From sequence record MK373774.1: DNA of 64,000 nt. The stretch is one strand, 5' to 3'. This document shows, piece by piece, positions 1 through 9,869 of this stretch. Under the pieces are notes generated by a model. It worked only from the letters and a program-made list of their open reading frames with translations. It searched no databases and was not told where the DNA came from. Every line of letters begins with the position of its first letter. Positions within the stretch are counted from its first letter, which is position 1. The DNA comes from Escherichia phage vB_EcoM_WFL6982. The translations under genes were made by a program, and so were the position numbers.

Positions 1-1
1 T

Positions 2-133
2 TCTAAAGCAAAACGTAGACAAATCGCTCGTAAGGTCGTTAAAGCTAAAAAAGCTAACCCTTCAGGCCAAGTTAAAGGCTTGCGTAAGCGTAAAAAAGCT
101 CTTAAACGTCGTAAAGCATTAGGATTAAGCTAA
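2..133 (+). CDS. partial CDS: C-terminal 43 codons of the upstream prohead core protein (gp67/68-like), Lys/Arg-rich
   Basis: Open frame from the window edge ending at TAA 131-133, overlapping the gene 21 ATG (TAATG); position matches T4 map. Confidence 0.45.
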   Translation, partial: SKAKRRQIARKVVKAKKANPSGQVKGLRKRKKALKRRKALGLS

Positions 134-774
134 TGAATAAACCCGAGTTACTTATTGAAACTTGGGGTCAACCCGGTGAGATTATTGATGGTGTTCCAAT
201 GTTGGAATCTCATGATGGAAAAGATTCTGGCTTAAAACCAGGGCTTTATATAGAAGGTATTTTTCTTCAGGCAGAGGTTGTTAACCGAAATAAACGTTTA
301 TATCCTAAACGCGTTTTGGAAAAAGCAGTAAGTGACTATATTAAAGAACAAGTCGCAACCAAACAAGCCCTTGGAGAATTAAACCATCCACCTCGTGCAA
401 ATGTTGACCCTATGCAAGCCGCTATCATTATTGAAGATATGTGGTGGAAAGGAAACGATGTATATGGACGTGCTAGAATTATTGAAGGAGACCATGGTCC
501 CGGTGATAAATTAGCTGCTAATATACGAGCTGGTTGGATTCCAGGTGTTTCCTCTCGTGGTCTTGGTTCTTTAACCGACACCAATAAAGGGTACCGTATC
601 GTGAACGAAGGATTTAAATTAACCGTCGGCGTAGATGCCGTATGGGGACCTTCTGCTCCAGATGCTTGGGTTACTCCTAAACAAATATCAGAATCAGAAA
701 ATTCGGTGGAAATCACCAAAAACAGTGCTGACGAAGCATTTAAAGCTCTCGCAGAGAGTTTAAAAGCATTATAA
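133..774 (+). CDS. 21: prohead core scaffold protein and protease gp21
   Basis: 213 aa; recalled similarity to T4 gp21; synteny 21-22-23. Confidence 0.88.
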   Translation: MNKPELLIETWGQPGEIIDGVPMLESHDGKDSGLKPGLYIEGIFLQAEVVNRNKRLYPKRVLEKAVSDYIKEQVATKQALGELNHPPRANVDPMQAAIIIEDMWWKGNDVYGRARIIEGDHGPGDKLAANIRAGWIPGVSSRGLGSLTDTNKGYRIVNEGFKLTVGVDAVWGPSAPDAWVTPKQISESENSVEITKNSADEAFKALAESLKAL

Positions 775-777
775 ATA
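770..777 (+). promoter_or_regulatory. late promoter TATAAATA upstream of gene 22
   Basis: Exact T4 late promoter octamer about 30 nt upstream of the ATG. Confidence 0.6.
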
Positions 778-807
778 ATAATGTAATCTAAACCACAGGA
801 CACTAAA

Positions 808-1620
808 ATGATCAAAGAACAACTTTTGAAAGAAGCTCAGAACATCGAGACTTCAGTTGCTCTTAATAGTGTTTTCGAATCAGTAGAACTGTCTCCGGAC
901 GTTAAAGCTAATTTCAGCACTGTATTCGAAGCCACCGTTAAGCAGGAAGCAGTCAAACTTGCTGAATCTCATATCAAAGCCATCGCCGAAAAGGCCGAAG
1001 AAGAAGTTGAAAAGGCTAAAGAAGATGCTGAAGAGAAAGCTGATAAAAAATTGGCTGAACAAGCTTCTAAATTCCTAGACCATCTTGCAAAAGAATGGCT
1101 CGCAGAAAACCAAATCGCAGTTGATAAAGGCATTAAAGCTGATTTGTTCGAATCCATGCTTGGTGGTCTGAAAGAACTGTTTGTTGAACATAACGTTGTT
1201 GTTCCAGAAGAATCTGTAGATGTTGTAGCAGAAATGGAAGAAGAGCTGGCCGAACATAAAGAAGAAACCGCTCGTTTGTTCGAAGAAGTTACCAAACGTG
1301 ATGCATATATCAATTACGTTCAGCGTGAAACCGCTATTAATGAAAGCGTAAAAGACCTGACTGAATCTCAGAAAGAAAAAGTTATTGGCCTGGTTGAAGG
1401 TATGGATTATTCTGACGCATTTGGTACTAAGTTAACTGCTATTGTAGAAATGGTTAAAGGTTCTACTAAAGAAGAAGCCGCTATTACCGAAAGTATAAAT
1501 ACAGTTGACAATGACGCTGCCGGTCTTAATTTTGTTGCCGAAGCAGTTGACACTACCACAACTCAGGTAGAACAGAATTCTAATGTAAGTTTATATGCGA
1601 AAGTCGCATCTCGTTTCTAA
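808..1620 (+). CDS. 22: prohead core scaffold protein gp22
   Basis: 270 aa, acidic and coiled-coil-like (E/K/A rich); TATAAATA at 770-777 upstream; synteny. Confidence 0.85.
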   Translation: MIKEQLLKEAQNIETSVALNSVFESVELSPDVKANFSTVFEATVKQEAVKLAESHIKAIAEKAEEEVEKAKEDAEEKADKKLAEQASKFLDHLAKEWLAENQIAVDKGIKADLFESMLGGLKELFVEHNVVVPEESVDVVAEMEEELAEHKEETARLFEEVTKRDAYINYVQRETAINESVKDLTESQKEKVIGLVEGMDYSDAFGTKLTAIVEMVKGSTKEEAAITESINTVDNDAAGLNFVAEAVDTTTTQVEQNSNVSLYAKVASRF

Positions 1621-1637
1621 TTTAAAGGTTAACACAA

Positions 1638-3206
1638 ATGACTACTATCAAAACTAAAGCTCAGCTCGTAGACAAATGGAAAGAACTGCTGGAAGGTGAA
1701 GGCCTGCCGGAAATCGCTAATAGCAAGCAGGCTATTATCGCTAAAATCTTCGAAAACCAGGAAAAAGATTTCGAAGTATCCCCTGAATATAAAGACGAGA
1801 AAATCGCTCAGGCATTTGGTTCTTTCTTGACCGAAGCTGAAATTGGCGGTGACCACGGTTATAACGCTCAGAACATCGCAGCAGGTCAAACCTCTGGTGC
1901 AGTAACCCAAATTGGGCCGGCAGTTATGGGTATGGTTCGTCGTGCTATTCCTAATCTGATCGCTTTTGATATTTGTGGTGTTCAGCCTATGAACAGCCCT
2001 ACCGGTCAGGTATTTGCTCTCCGTGCAGTATATGGTAAAGACCCTATCGCTGCCGGCGCTAAAGAAGCTTTCCATCCGATGTATGCTCCAGATGCGATGT
2101 TCTCTGGTCAGGGTGCTGCTAAGAAATTCCCAGCTCTGGCTGCTAGCACACAAACCACAGTAGGTGATATCTATACTCACTTCTTCCAAGAAACTGGTAC
2201 TGTATATCTGCAAGCTTCTGCTGTCGTAACACTTGATTCTGGTGCAACTGATGCAGCTAAATTAGATGCAGAAGTTAAGAAACAAATGGAAGCTGGTGCA
2301 CTGGTAGAAATCGCTGAAGGTATGGCTACTTCTATCGCTGAACTCCAGGAAGGTTTCAACGGTTCTACCGATAACCCATGGAATGAAATGGGCTTCCGTA
2401 TCGATAAACAAGTTATCGAAGCTAAATCTCGCCAGCTGAAAGCTGCTTACTCTATCGAATTAGCACAAGACCTCCGTGCAGTACACGGTATGGATGCTGA
2501 TGCTGAATTGAGTGGTATTCTGGCTACAGAAATTATGCTAGAAATCAACCGTGAAGTTGTTGATTGGATTAACTACTCTGCACAGGTTGGTAAATCTGGT
2601 ATGACCCTGACTCCGGGTTCTAAAGCTGGTGTATTTGACTTCCAGGACCCGATTGATATCCGTGGTGCTCGTTGGGCCGGTGAAAGCTTTAAATCTCTGT
2701 TGTTCCAGATTGATAAAGAAGCAGTTGAAATTGCTCGTCAAACCGGTCGCGGTGAAGGTAACTTCATTATCGCTTCCCGTAACGTAGTTAACGTACTGGC
2801 TTCAGTTGATACTGGTATTTCTTACGCTGCACAGGGTCTGGCTTCTGGTTTTAATACCGACACTACTAAGTCTGTATTTGCCGGTGTCCTTGGTGGTAAA
2901 TACCGCGTATACATCGACCAGTATGCTAAACAGGATTACTTCACCGTTGGTTACAAAGGCGCTAACGAAATGGATGCAGGTATCTACTATGCTCCTTACG
3001 TTGCACTTACCCCGCTGCGTGGTTCCGATCCTAAGAACTTCCAGCCGGTAATGGGCTTTAAAACTCGTTACGGTATCGGTGTTAACCCGTTTGCTGAAAG
3101 TTCCCTGCAGGCTCCAGGTGCTCGCATCCAGTCCGGTATGCCGTCTATCCTGAACAGCCTTGGTAAGAACGCTTACTTTAGACGCGTCTACGTTAAAGGA
3201 ATTTAA
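1638..3206 (+). CDS. 23: major capsid protein gp23
   Basis: 522 aa (T4 gp23 is 521); synteny; hairpin terminator downstream. Confidence 0.95.
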   Translation: MTTIKTKAQLVDKWKELLEGEGLPEIANSKQAIIAKIFENQEKDFEVSPEYKDEKIAQAFGSFLTEAEIGGDHGYNAQNIAAGQTSGAVTQIGPAVMGMVRRAIPNLIAFDICGVQPMNSPTGQVFALRAVYGKDPIAAGAKEAFHPMYAPDAMFSGQGAAKKFPALAASTQTTVGDIYTHFFQETGTVYLQASAVVTLDSGATDAAKLDAEVKKQMEAGALVEIAEGMATSIAELQEGFNGSTDNPWNEMGFRIDKQVIEAKSRQLKAAYSIELAQDLRAVHGMDADAELSGILATEIMLEINREVVDWINYSAQVGKSGMTLTPGSKAGVFDFQDPIDIRGARWAGESFKSLLFQIDKEAVEIARQTGRGEGNFIIASRNVVNVLASVDTGISYAAQGLASGFNTDTTKSVFAGVLGGKYRVYIDQYAKQDYFTVGYKGANEMDAGIYYAPYVALTPLRGSDPKNFQPVMGFKTRYGIGVNPFAESSLQAPGARIQSGMPSILNSLGKNAYFRRVYVKGI

Positions 3207-3235
3207 TGCTTTAACGTTAAAATACATAACCTTAT

Positions 3236-3257
3236 GGGAGACTTCGGTCTCCCATTT
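3236..3257 (+). terminator. intrinsic terminator after gene 23 (GGGAGAC-UUCG-GUCUCC hairpin plus U-run)
   Basis: Perfect tetraloop hairpin followed by ttttt. Confidence 0.6.
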
Positions 3258-3263
3258 TTGGTT

Positions 3264-3533
3264 TTATTTCTGTGCAATTTCGATGTAAGTTTTCAAAATA
3301 TTTTGCCAATTAGGCATACCTTCTTGGGCATATGCCGGAGAACCATCTTTGTTTTTGAATGATGCAAGTTTATCAGTGGCCCAATAACCTTTAGCTCGAG
3401 CTTCAGAATCAACTTTCATCCATACTTTGTTGAAGGCATTACCATTAACTTTTGCACCATATTTTTCTACTAACTTAACTGCTTCAGCTTCCAGAACTTT
3501 TAAAGTATCTCGTAAGAAACGTGCTTTAGTCAT
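3264..3533 (-). CDS. hypothetical 89-aa protein, antisense to the capsid operon, in the position of T4 segD
   Basis: ORF with upstream RBS and early-promoter-like GTTTAC element at 3563-3593; function not recognised. Confidence 0.5.
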   Translation of the reverse strand: MTKARFLRDTLKVLEAEAVKLVEKYGAKVNGNAFNKVWMKVDSEARAKGYWATDKLASFKNKDGSPAYAQEGMPNWQNILKTYIEIAQK

Positions 3534-3562
3534 TTTGTTTACTCCTCTGTAGTTGATAAGTC

Positions 3563-3593
3563 TATAGTATCACATACCAAATACGTTGTAAAC
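3563..3593 (-). promoter_or_regulatory. early promoter (GTTTAC -35, TAnTAT -10) for the antisense gene 3264..3533
   Basis: Plus-strand gtaaac at 3588-3593 with AT-rich -10 17-18 nt away. Confidence 0.45.
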
Positions 3594-3599
3594 AATCTT

Positions 3600-3607
3600 T
3601 ATAAATA
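3600..3607 (+). promoter_or_regulatory. late promoter TATAAATA upstream of gene 24
   Basis: Exact octamer 28 nt upstream of the ATG. Confidence 0.6.
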
Positions 3608-3634
3608 ATCTATATCACATAAGGAAAAAATGCA

Positions 3635-4918
3635 ATGAGTAAAATCCAAAAATTATTGCGTGAATCTACAACGTCTACTAGCAACTCAATTGGTCGCCCA
3701 AATCTCGTTGCTTTGACTCGCGCTACGACTAAATTAATATATTCTGACATTGTAGCAACACAAAGAACTAATCAACCTGTTGCTGCTTTTTATGGTATCA
3801 AATATCTTAACCCAGATAACGAATTCACATTTAAAACTGGCGCTACTTATGCTGGTGAAGCTGGATACGTAGACCGAGAAAAAATTACTGAGCTCACAGA
3901 AGAATCAAAAGTCACACTAAATAAAGGCGATTTTTTCAAATATAATAATATCGTCTATAAAGTGTTAGAAGATACACCATTTGCAGATATTCAAGAAAGT
4001 GATCTAGAATTAGCTCTTCAGATTGCAGTCGTTCATTTAAAGGTACGGTTATTTTCAGATGCAGCGGTAACAAGCAAATTTGAAAGCTCTGATAGCGAAA
4101 TTTCTGATGCAAGATTCCAGATTAATAAATGGCAAACTTCAGTCAAATCTCGTAAACTTAAAACTGGTCTCACGGTTGAATTAGCGCAAGATTTGGAAGC
4201 GAATGGATTTGATGCCCCTAACTTCTTAGAAGATTTGCTTGCTACTGAAATGGCAGATGAAATTAATAAAGATATTCTTCAGTCTTTAATTACTGTATCG
4301 AAACGTTATAAAGTTACTGGAATTACTGACACCGGATTTATTGACTTGAGCTATGCATCCGCTCCAGAAGCAGGTCGTTCGTTATATCGAATGGTGTGTG
4401 AAATGGTATCACACATCCAAAAAGAGACAACTTATACTGCAACGTTTTGTGTAGCCTCAGCTCGTGCAGCTGCTATTCTTGCTGCTTCCGGTTGGTTAAA
4501 ACATAAGCCAGAAGATGACAAGTATCTTTCACAAAATGCTTATGGATTCTTGGCAAATGGATTACCTCTTTACTGCGATACCAACAGCCCGTTAGATTAT
4601 GTTATTGTGGGTGTTGTAGAAAATCTCGGCGAAAAAGAAATTGTAGGGTCCATCTTTTATGCTCCATACACTGAAGGAGTGGATTTAGATGACCCGGAAC
4701 ATGTCGGTGCATTTAAAGTTGTAGTTGATCCGGAAAGCTTGCAACCGTCTATTGGATTATTGGTTAGATATGCTTTATCAGCAAATCCTTACACAGTAGC
4801 AAAAGATGAAAAAGAAGCGAGAGTAATTGATGGCGGGGACATGGATAAAATGGCGGGACGTTCAGACTTGTCTGTTTTACTCGGTGTTAAATTGCCTAAA
4901 ATTATTATAGATGAATAA
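3635..4918 (+). CDS. 24: head vertex protein gp24
   Basis: 427 aa; TATAAATA at 3600-3607; gp23 paralogue position. Confidence 0.9.
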   Translation: MSKIQKLLRESTTSTSNSIGRPNLVALTRATTKLIYSDIVATQRTNQPVAAFYGIKYLNPDNEFTFKTGATYAGEAGYVDREKITELTEESKVTLNKGDFFKYNNIVYKVLEDTPFADIQESDLELALQIAVVHLKVRLFSDAAVTSKFESSDSEISDARFQINKWQTSVKSRKLKTGLTVELAQDLEANGFDAPNFLEDLLATEMADEINKDILQSLITVSKRYKVTGITDTGFIDLSYASAPEAGRSLYRMVCEMVSHIQKETTYTATFCVASARAAAILAASGWLKHKPEDDKYLSQNAYGFLANGLPLYCDTNSPLDYVIVGVVENLGEKEIVGSIFYAPYTEGVDLDDPEHVGAFKVVVDPESLQPSIGLLVRYALSANPYTVAKDEKEARVIDGGDMDKMAGRSDLSVLLGVKLPKIIIDE

Positions 4919-4920
4919 AC

Positions 4921-4950
4921 AAAAAAAAAGGGACCGTAAGGTCCCTTTTT
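4921..4950. terminator. bidirectional terminator between gene 24 and rnlB (A-run, GGGACC-GUAA-GGUCCC hairpin, U-run)
   Basis: Hairpin flanked by aaaaaaaaa and ttttttt. Confidence 0.65.
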
Positions 4951-4954
4951 TTCG

Positions 4955-5953
4955 TTATGATACTAATTCAATCCATGCAGGACGCAGAACATCTTGCACC
5001 ATTCGGACTAATTCTTTCTTAACAAGATTCGGATTATCAGATGATGTTAATACAATACCTTCACGAGAAGTTTCTTCCAGAATATCTTGAACAGTCAATC
5101 CCATCACTTTGCCAAAAGATTTTGGCGTTACAGCCCCAATCTTAGAAATAACATTATTAACACGATTTAATGTAACATAACAAGCTAGAACATCAAGCAA
5201 GTTTTTGTCAATTTCGGTTAATGGAACCTGAGTTTTAATAGGCTTATCAGACTTTTTCTTTTCACTGAATTTAGAGTTCTTGCACTTAATAGCTACACGA
5301 GTACCGTTTGGCAGCCATTTAGGGAAACAAGGCTTCAGAACATAACCTTCTGCCGTATTATCGCCAATAACATTAGCATCAAATACACAATTATTTGCTT
5401 CGACAAGGTCTTCTGACGCAGTAGCATTATAAGCGGCTAAGACGGAATCAAGGTCATTTGGAATCATGATAAGAGAATCAAATGTTCCACGACCAAGCAT
5501 TGGTGCCATTTTAAAACCGAATTCATTACAGAAATCTTGCATTTCGTAATCGGTCAAATACGTATTATCACCACTTTCTGTATTGATAAGGATATCGAAC
5601 ACATAAAAATCTTTTTCACCGTAGTCAACACCTTTCTGGATTCCACCACCAGCAAATTCACCGAATACTTGATATGATACGGCTCGAGCTGTGTACATGA
5701 ATTCCTGAACGGCTTTAATAGCTTTATCATACTTCTTGAGTACGATTTCATAACCATAAAAATCTTCTGCTGGAAGAATAGGGCCTGTGCGCTTGGCGCA
5801 TGTGACGTTGCCACGTTCAATTATTAACGAGAAGTTGGTCCCATGGATTTTCTCACGTGCTACCCAAACACCAGTAGTCAAACCATTAGTGTAGAGTTTT
5901 TCAATAAACTTAGAGTTGTAGTGGTTTTCAAGACTGCTGTATTTCTTAAACAT
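4955..5953 (-). CDS. rnlB: RNA ligase 2
   Basis: 332 aa, N-terminus [14 protein letters not shown] as in T4 Rnl2; nucleotidyltransferase KxHG-like motif (EKIHGTN). Confidence 0.9.
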   Translation of the reverse strand: MFKKYSSLENHYNSKFIEKLYTNGLTTGVWVAREKIHGTNFSLIIERGNVTCAKRTGPILPAEDFYGYEIVLKKYDKAIKAVQEFMYTARAVSYQVFGEFAGGGIQKGVDYGEKDFYVFDILINTESGDNTYLTDYEMQDFCNEFGFKMAPMLGRGTFDSLIMIPNDLDSVLAAYNATASEDLVEANNCVFDANVIGDNTAEGYVLKPCFPKWLPNGTRVAIKCKNSKFSEKKKSDKPIKTQVPLTEIDKNLLDVLACYVTLNRVNNVISKIGAVTPKSFGKVMGLTVQDILEETSREGIVLTSSDNPNLVKKELVRMVQDVLRPAWIELVS

Positions 5954-6072
5954 AAATCACCATTATAAATAATAATATCAAAATAATTAGCAGAGACTCT
6001 ATCTCTGACCGGATGTTTAATTTGAATGGATAGAACCTAGATTCATTATACCATCAAAAAATGTAAAGCATA

Positions 6073-6324
6073 CTAGAACTTGATTTCTATCCAGTGCCCA
6101 TCACGCTGGTCGTGATTAATTTTGTACTGAAAGCCGTTATCACGAAGCCATTGACCGACTTGTTCAGTTATAGTTAAATCGTTCTTTGACGGGTAGTACG
6201 TGAATTGTGTCTGGCCTTTATCAGCGGCTTTCTCTGCTATCACAGAGAAGTTAGTAATAAAATCACTCAACAAATTAGCTTTAGCGGCCAGAGCCCTTTC
6301 TCTTAATTCCTGTGCAAAACTCAT
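6073..6324 (-). CDS. hypothetical protein (T4 24.2 position)
   Basis: 83-aa ORF, synteny only. Confidence 0.45.
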   Translation of the reverse strand: MSFAQELRERALAAKANLLSDFITNFSVIAEKAADKGQTQFTYYPSKNDLTITEQVGQWLRDNGFQYKINHDQRDGHWIEIKF

Positions 6325-6521
6325 TTCTTCACCTTTTTGTTAATCAAACGTTTACGGTATACAACTTTTTCTTTTGCTTTAAACTTTGACCGAGCTGTCT
6401 CGGCTTTAGTCCATAGTAATCCAACTTCTTTAGGTTGTAAACCAATTTTTTGAGCAATTTCTACGAATGAAAATCCCGCCTCATGTAATGTATAAACTTC
6501 AACTTCAGCTCTCATAATCAA
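6321..6521 (-). CDS. hypothetical small protein with HTH-like segment (T4 24.3 position)
   Basis: 66-aa ORF; segment FSFVEIAQKIGL resembles a helix-turn-helix. Confidence 0.4.
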   Translation of the reverse strand: MIMRAEVEVYTLHEAGFSFVEIAQKIGLQPKEVGLLWTKAETARSKFKAKEKVVYRKRLINKKVKK

Positions 6522-6595
6522 TCCCGTATTATTTGGTTTGTGCCATTATATACATCAATCTCAAGATGTGTTTTGTATGCTTTAAAAACGAAGAA

Positions 6596-6609
6596 AGGGG
6601 CCGAAGCCC
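6596..6609 (-). terminator. hairpin (GGGGC-tetraloop-GCCCC) downstream of hoc
   Basis: Stable stem-loop with T-rich tract on the minus strand. Confidence 0.5.
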
Positions 6610-6614
6610 CTTGA

Positions 6615-7109
6615 TTATGGATATGTATAGATGATACCAGTTTCCAAAGCAGTTTTATGGATGATGTATCCATTACGTGATTCTTGAACATCAACTTCTG
6701 GATAGTCTTTCATCATCTTCTGAAGCGTATAACGATGCAAGTAATACTTACTATCTGGATCTTCAGTTTTCCAATCTTTACCTTCTTCAGTCATTTTTTG
6801 GATTTCATCCATAACCCACCAACCGCACCAGATGTAAGCTGAAGTACGATGTGGAAGAGGATGAACATAAGGTAATTCACCTTCTGGAACTGTATTTGTT
6901 GCAACTACTTTAATAGTCTTTTGACCGGCAGGTCCTTTTAGTACATAACTAAAAGTTGCTTCAGCTCCATCTTGCGGAACATCATCTACAGACCAAGCAT
7001 ATGTAATAGTTCCACCTCCAGTTTCACCACCGGGAGTAGCAGTAAACTGCTTAGTCTCATCTATAACTCCAGTAGGTGTTTTAGGAGTTATATCAACTGT
7101 AAAAGCCAT
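6615..7109 (-). CDS. hoc: Hoc-like outer capsid decoration protein, short form with one Ig-like domain plus capsid-binding C-terminal domain
   Basis: 164 aa; position between 24.x and inh; Ig-like beta-rich N-terminal region, Trp-rich C-terminal region. Confidence 0.5.
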   Translation of the reverse strand: MAFTVDITPKTPTGVIDETKQFTATPGGETGGGTITYAWSVDDVPQDGAEATFSYVLKGPAGQKTIKVVATNTVPEGELPYVHPLPHRTSAYIWCGWWVMDEIQKMTEEGKDWKTEDPDSKYYLHRYTLQKMMKDYPEVDVQESRNGYIIHKTALETGIIYTYP

Positions 7110-7118
7110 AAGTTATCC

Positions 7119-7787
7119 TTATTTTAATGTTACGAAAGAAGAATTACGAGTTTCACGAATTAGAACTGATCCATCGCGATTAATATAATAAATTAAGCTA
7201 AATAATGTTTGGTGAGCAGAAGCGTGCACAAAACTGGTTGGGCGAGATTTCCAATCTGGGGTTTCGGCTATCCATTGATAAATCCACCAAGGAACAGTAA
7301 CATATCCTGGGCCTTTGCCTAATTTAATGAGTGTAGGACTAAAATTTTCAGGCAGAACAAATTTTACTTCTTTATTTACCTCTGGATCAGGCTCTTTTTC
7401 AGATTCAACAACCTGAGTAATTGCTTCTTCGAATTTATCATGGTCGAATTCTTTTTCTTGTTCGACAACTTCTAATACTTCAACTTGTTCTGTTGGAGAA
7501 TCAAACAACAGAATAGCTTCTTCTTTAACTTCTTCGTTGGTGAAATTAACACCGTCCACATCATCTGCGGCAGTAATTAAATCGGTGATAGATAATCCAT
7601 CGGTTTCAGGTAATGGTTCATCAGCCAGTGCGTTAAGAGCTTCTTCGATATCAATAACAATATTATCGAATGATTTTGTTTTCTTAACACTAATGCCAAA
7701 TTGTTTCGCATATTCGAACAGTTTAGCTTTGGCTTCCTTTTTATCAGAAAGAGCACGTAACTCTTCAATATAGTCTTTATCGATCAT
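7119..7787 (-). CDS. inh: Inh, inhibitor of prohead protease
   Basis: 222 aa (T4 Inh about 226), acidic; synteny hoc-inh-uvsW. Confidence 0.6.
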   Translation of the reverse strand: MIDKDYIEELRALSDKKEAKAKLFEYAKQFGISVKKTKSFDNIVIDIEEALNALADEPLPETDGLSITDLITAADDVDGVNFTNEEVKEEAILLFDSPTEQVEVLEVVEQEKEFDHDKFEEAITQVVESEKEPDPEVNKEVKFVLPENFSPTLIKLGKGPGYVTVPWWIYQWIAETPDWKSRPTSFVHASAHQTLFSLIYYINRDGSVLIRETRNSSFVTLK

Positions 7788-7800
7788 GGTATTTCCTCAT

Positions 7801-7808
7801 TATAAATA
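7801..7808 (+). promoter_or_regulatory. late promoter TATAAATA upstream of uvsW
   Basis: Exact octamer 30 nt upstream of the ATG. Confidence 0.55.
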
Positions 7809-7837
7809 TAACTATATTTATTACATGGTAATTTGAC

Positions 7838-9352
7838 ATGACTGACATTAAAGTACATTTTTATGATTTTAGTCACGTGCGCATTGAATGCGACGAAAGT
7901 ACGTTTTACGAACTTCGTGACTTTTTTAGCTTTGAAGCTGACGGGTATAAATTTAACCCAAAATATCGCTATGGGAACTGGGATGGTAGAATTCGACTTT
8001 TAGATTACAACCGTTTGTTACCATATGGACTTGTAGGACAAATAAAAAAGTTCTGTAGCAATATGAGTTATTCTGTATGGATTGACCCTAAAATCTTTGA
8101 GACCGAAGACCTTACCAGAGAAGATTTTGACGCATGGCTTTCTAAACAAGAAATTTATTCAGGCAACGCCAAAATCGAACCACATTGGTATCAAAAAGAT
8201 GCAGTATATGAAGGACTAGTTAATCGTCGTCGAATTTTAAACCTTCCGACATCAGCAGGTAAATCACTAATCCAAGCACTTTTAGCTCGATATTATCTAG
8301 AGAATTATGAAGGTAAAATTCTCATTATCGTCCCTACAACAGCATTGACAACCCAGATGGCTAATGATTTTGTTGATTATCGCTTGTTTAGTCATTCGAT
8401 GATTAAGAAAATTGGCGGTGGTGCTGATAAAGCAGACAAATCTAAAAACGACGCTCCAATTATTGTTGGCACATGGCAAACAGTAGTTAAGCAGCCTAAA
8501 GAATGGTTCTCTCAGTTCGGTATGATGATGAACGATGAATGCCACTTAGCAACAGGCAAAAGTATTTCTTCAATCATCGCAGGATTAAATAATTGTATGT
8601 TTAAATTCGGTTTATCTGGCTCATTAAGAGACGGAAAAGCCAATGTAATGCAGTACGTAGGTATGTTCGGCGAAATCTTCCGTCCTGTTAGCACGTCTAA
8701 ATTAATGGAAGACGGACAGGTAACTGAGCTTAAGATTAACAGTATTTTCCTTCGTTATCCGGACGAATTCACCGTTAAATTAAAAGGTAAAACATACCAA
8801 GAAGAAGTTAAAATTATTACCGGACTAAAACGACGTACAAAGTGGATTGCTCAACTTTCAGTCAAATTGGCTAAGAAAGACGAGAACGCCTTTGTAATGT
8901 TTAAACACGTTACACATGGTAAAGAAATATTTGAAGCTATTAAAGAGCTTGGATACGAAAAAGTTTATTACGTATCGGGTGAAGTTGATACTGAAACACG
9001 TAACGCGCTTAAAGTCATGGCAGAAAATGGTAAAGGCATTATTATTGTCGCATCATATGGAGTATTCTCTACTGGTATTTCAGTCAAGAATCTTCATCAT
9101 GTTATTTTCGCTCATGGTGTTAAATCAAAAATTATCGTACTTCAAACCGTAGGTCGCGTACTTCGTAAGCATGGTTCTAAAGCTGTTGCTACAGTTTGGG
9201 ATCTCATCGATGACGCAGGTGTAAAACCTAAATCATTAAATACTAAAAAGAAGTATACTCATCTTAATTACTTGTTAAAACACGGTATTGATCGTATCCA
9301 ACGTTACGCTGATGAGAAATTTAACTATGTAATGAAAACAATTAATTTATAA
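7838..9352 (+). CDS. uvsW: UvsW DNA/RNA helicase (SF2)
   Basis: 504 aa; Walker A LPTSAGKS, DEAH-like NDECH; TATAAATA at 7801-7808. Confidence 0.9.
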   Translation: MTDIKVHFYDFSHVRIECDESTFYELRDFFSFEADGYKFNPKYRYGNWDGRIRLLDYNRLLPYGLVGQIKKFCSNMSYSVWIDPKIFETEDLTREDFDAWLSKQEIYSGNAKIEPHWYQKDAVYEGLVNRRRILNLPTSAGKSLIQALLARYYLENYEGKILIIVPTTALTTQMANDFVDYRLFSHSMIKKIGGGADKADKSKNDAPIIVGTWQTVVKQPKEWFSQFGMMMNDECHLATGKSISSIIAGLNNCMFKFGLSGSLRDGKANVMQYVGMFGEIFRPVSTSKLMEDGQVTELKINSIFLRYPDEFTVKLKGKTYQEEVKIITGLKRRTKWIAQLSVKLAKKDENAFVMFKHVTHGKEIFEAIKELGYEKVYYVSGEVDTETRNALKVMAENGKGIIIVASYGVFSTGISVKNLHHVIFAHGVKSKIIVLQTVGRVLRKHGSKAVATVWDLIDDAGVKPKSLNTKKKYTHLNYLLKHGIDRIQRYADEKFNYVMKTINL

Positions 9353-9377
9353 GGGCTTCGGCCCTTAGGAGATAAAA

Positions 9378-9611
9378 ATGGTACTTGAATTTAAACAATT
9401 TTTATACGAAGCATCTATTGACGAATTCATGGGTAAAATTGCTAGTTGTCATACCTTAGAAGGGCTTGAAGAATTGGAAGCTTATTATAAGAAACGTATA
9501 AAAGAAACGGAATTAAAAGATACAGATGATATTTCTGTCAGGGATGCCTTAGCAGGTAAGCGTGCCGAACTTGAAGGCGACGATGATGAGGATGAGGAAG
9601 AAGACTTCTAA
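9378..9611 (+). CDS. uvsW.1: UvsW.1 small acidic protein
   Basis: 77 aa directly downstream of uvsW as in T4. Confidence 0.6.
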   Translation: MVLEFKQFLYEASIDEFMGKIASCHTLEGLEELEAYYKKRIKETELKDTDDISVRDALAGKRAELEGDDDEDEEEDF

Positions 9612-9668
9612 TTAAAAAAAGGCCCTTCCAAAAAGGTCGGGCCAAAACCATAGGCAAAAAAGGTAACA

Positions 9669-9836
9669 CTATAGTAAAAGTTTGGTTTCGTTCAATTGCT
9701 CTTCTGAACTTTCTGAAACCGGCATTTGTTGGACATAATTATAACAAGGCCCAGGATGTGCTGGACCTTTGTCTGTTTCAACAACCAATACAGAATCGAT
9801 TGGAGTTTTACAGACAACACAAATCTTATCTGACAT
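9669..9836 (-). CDS. hypothetical small Cys-containing protein (uvsY.-2 position)
   Basis: Track ORF 9669..9899 starts with GTG; internal ATG at 9836 has RBS AGGAGA and a TATAAATA (minus) at 9862-9869. Confidence 0.4.
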   Translation of the reverse strand: MSDKICVVCKTPIDSVLVVETDKGPAHPGPCYNYVQQMPVSESSEEQLNETKLLL

Positions 9837-9861
9837 GATTGTCTCCTTTTGAATATAGTAA

Positions 9862-9869
9862 TATTTATA
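9862..9869 (-). promoter_or_regulatory. late promoter TATAAATA (minus strand) upstream of the small gene 9669..9836
   Basis: Plus-strand tatttata. Confidence 0.4.

Noticed and set aside
336-815. 159-aa minus-strand ORF antisense to gene 21, and the many similar 60-140 aa ORFs antisense to or out of frame within genes 22, 23, 29, 34, 37, 38, alt, nrdA, td, rnlA and others
   Set aside because: They lie entirely inside well-supported conserved genes, lack RBS or promoter context and have low-complexity composition; treated as frame shadows.
5964-5971. Plus-strand TATAAATA next to the rnlB start
   Set aside because: No plus-strand gene lies downstream for about 1.8 kb; probably a chance occurrence in AT-rich DNA.
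9612-9650. ggccc...gggcc stem with a 13-nt loop after uvsW.1 as a terminator
   Set aside because: Loop too large and no adjacent T-run; weak evidence.
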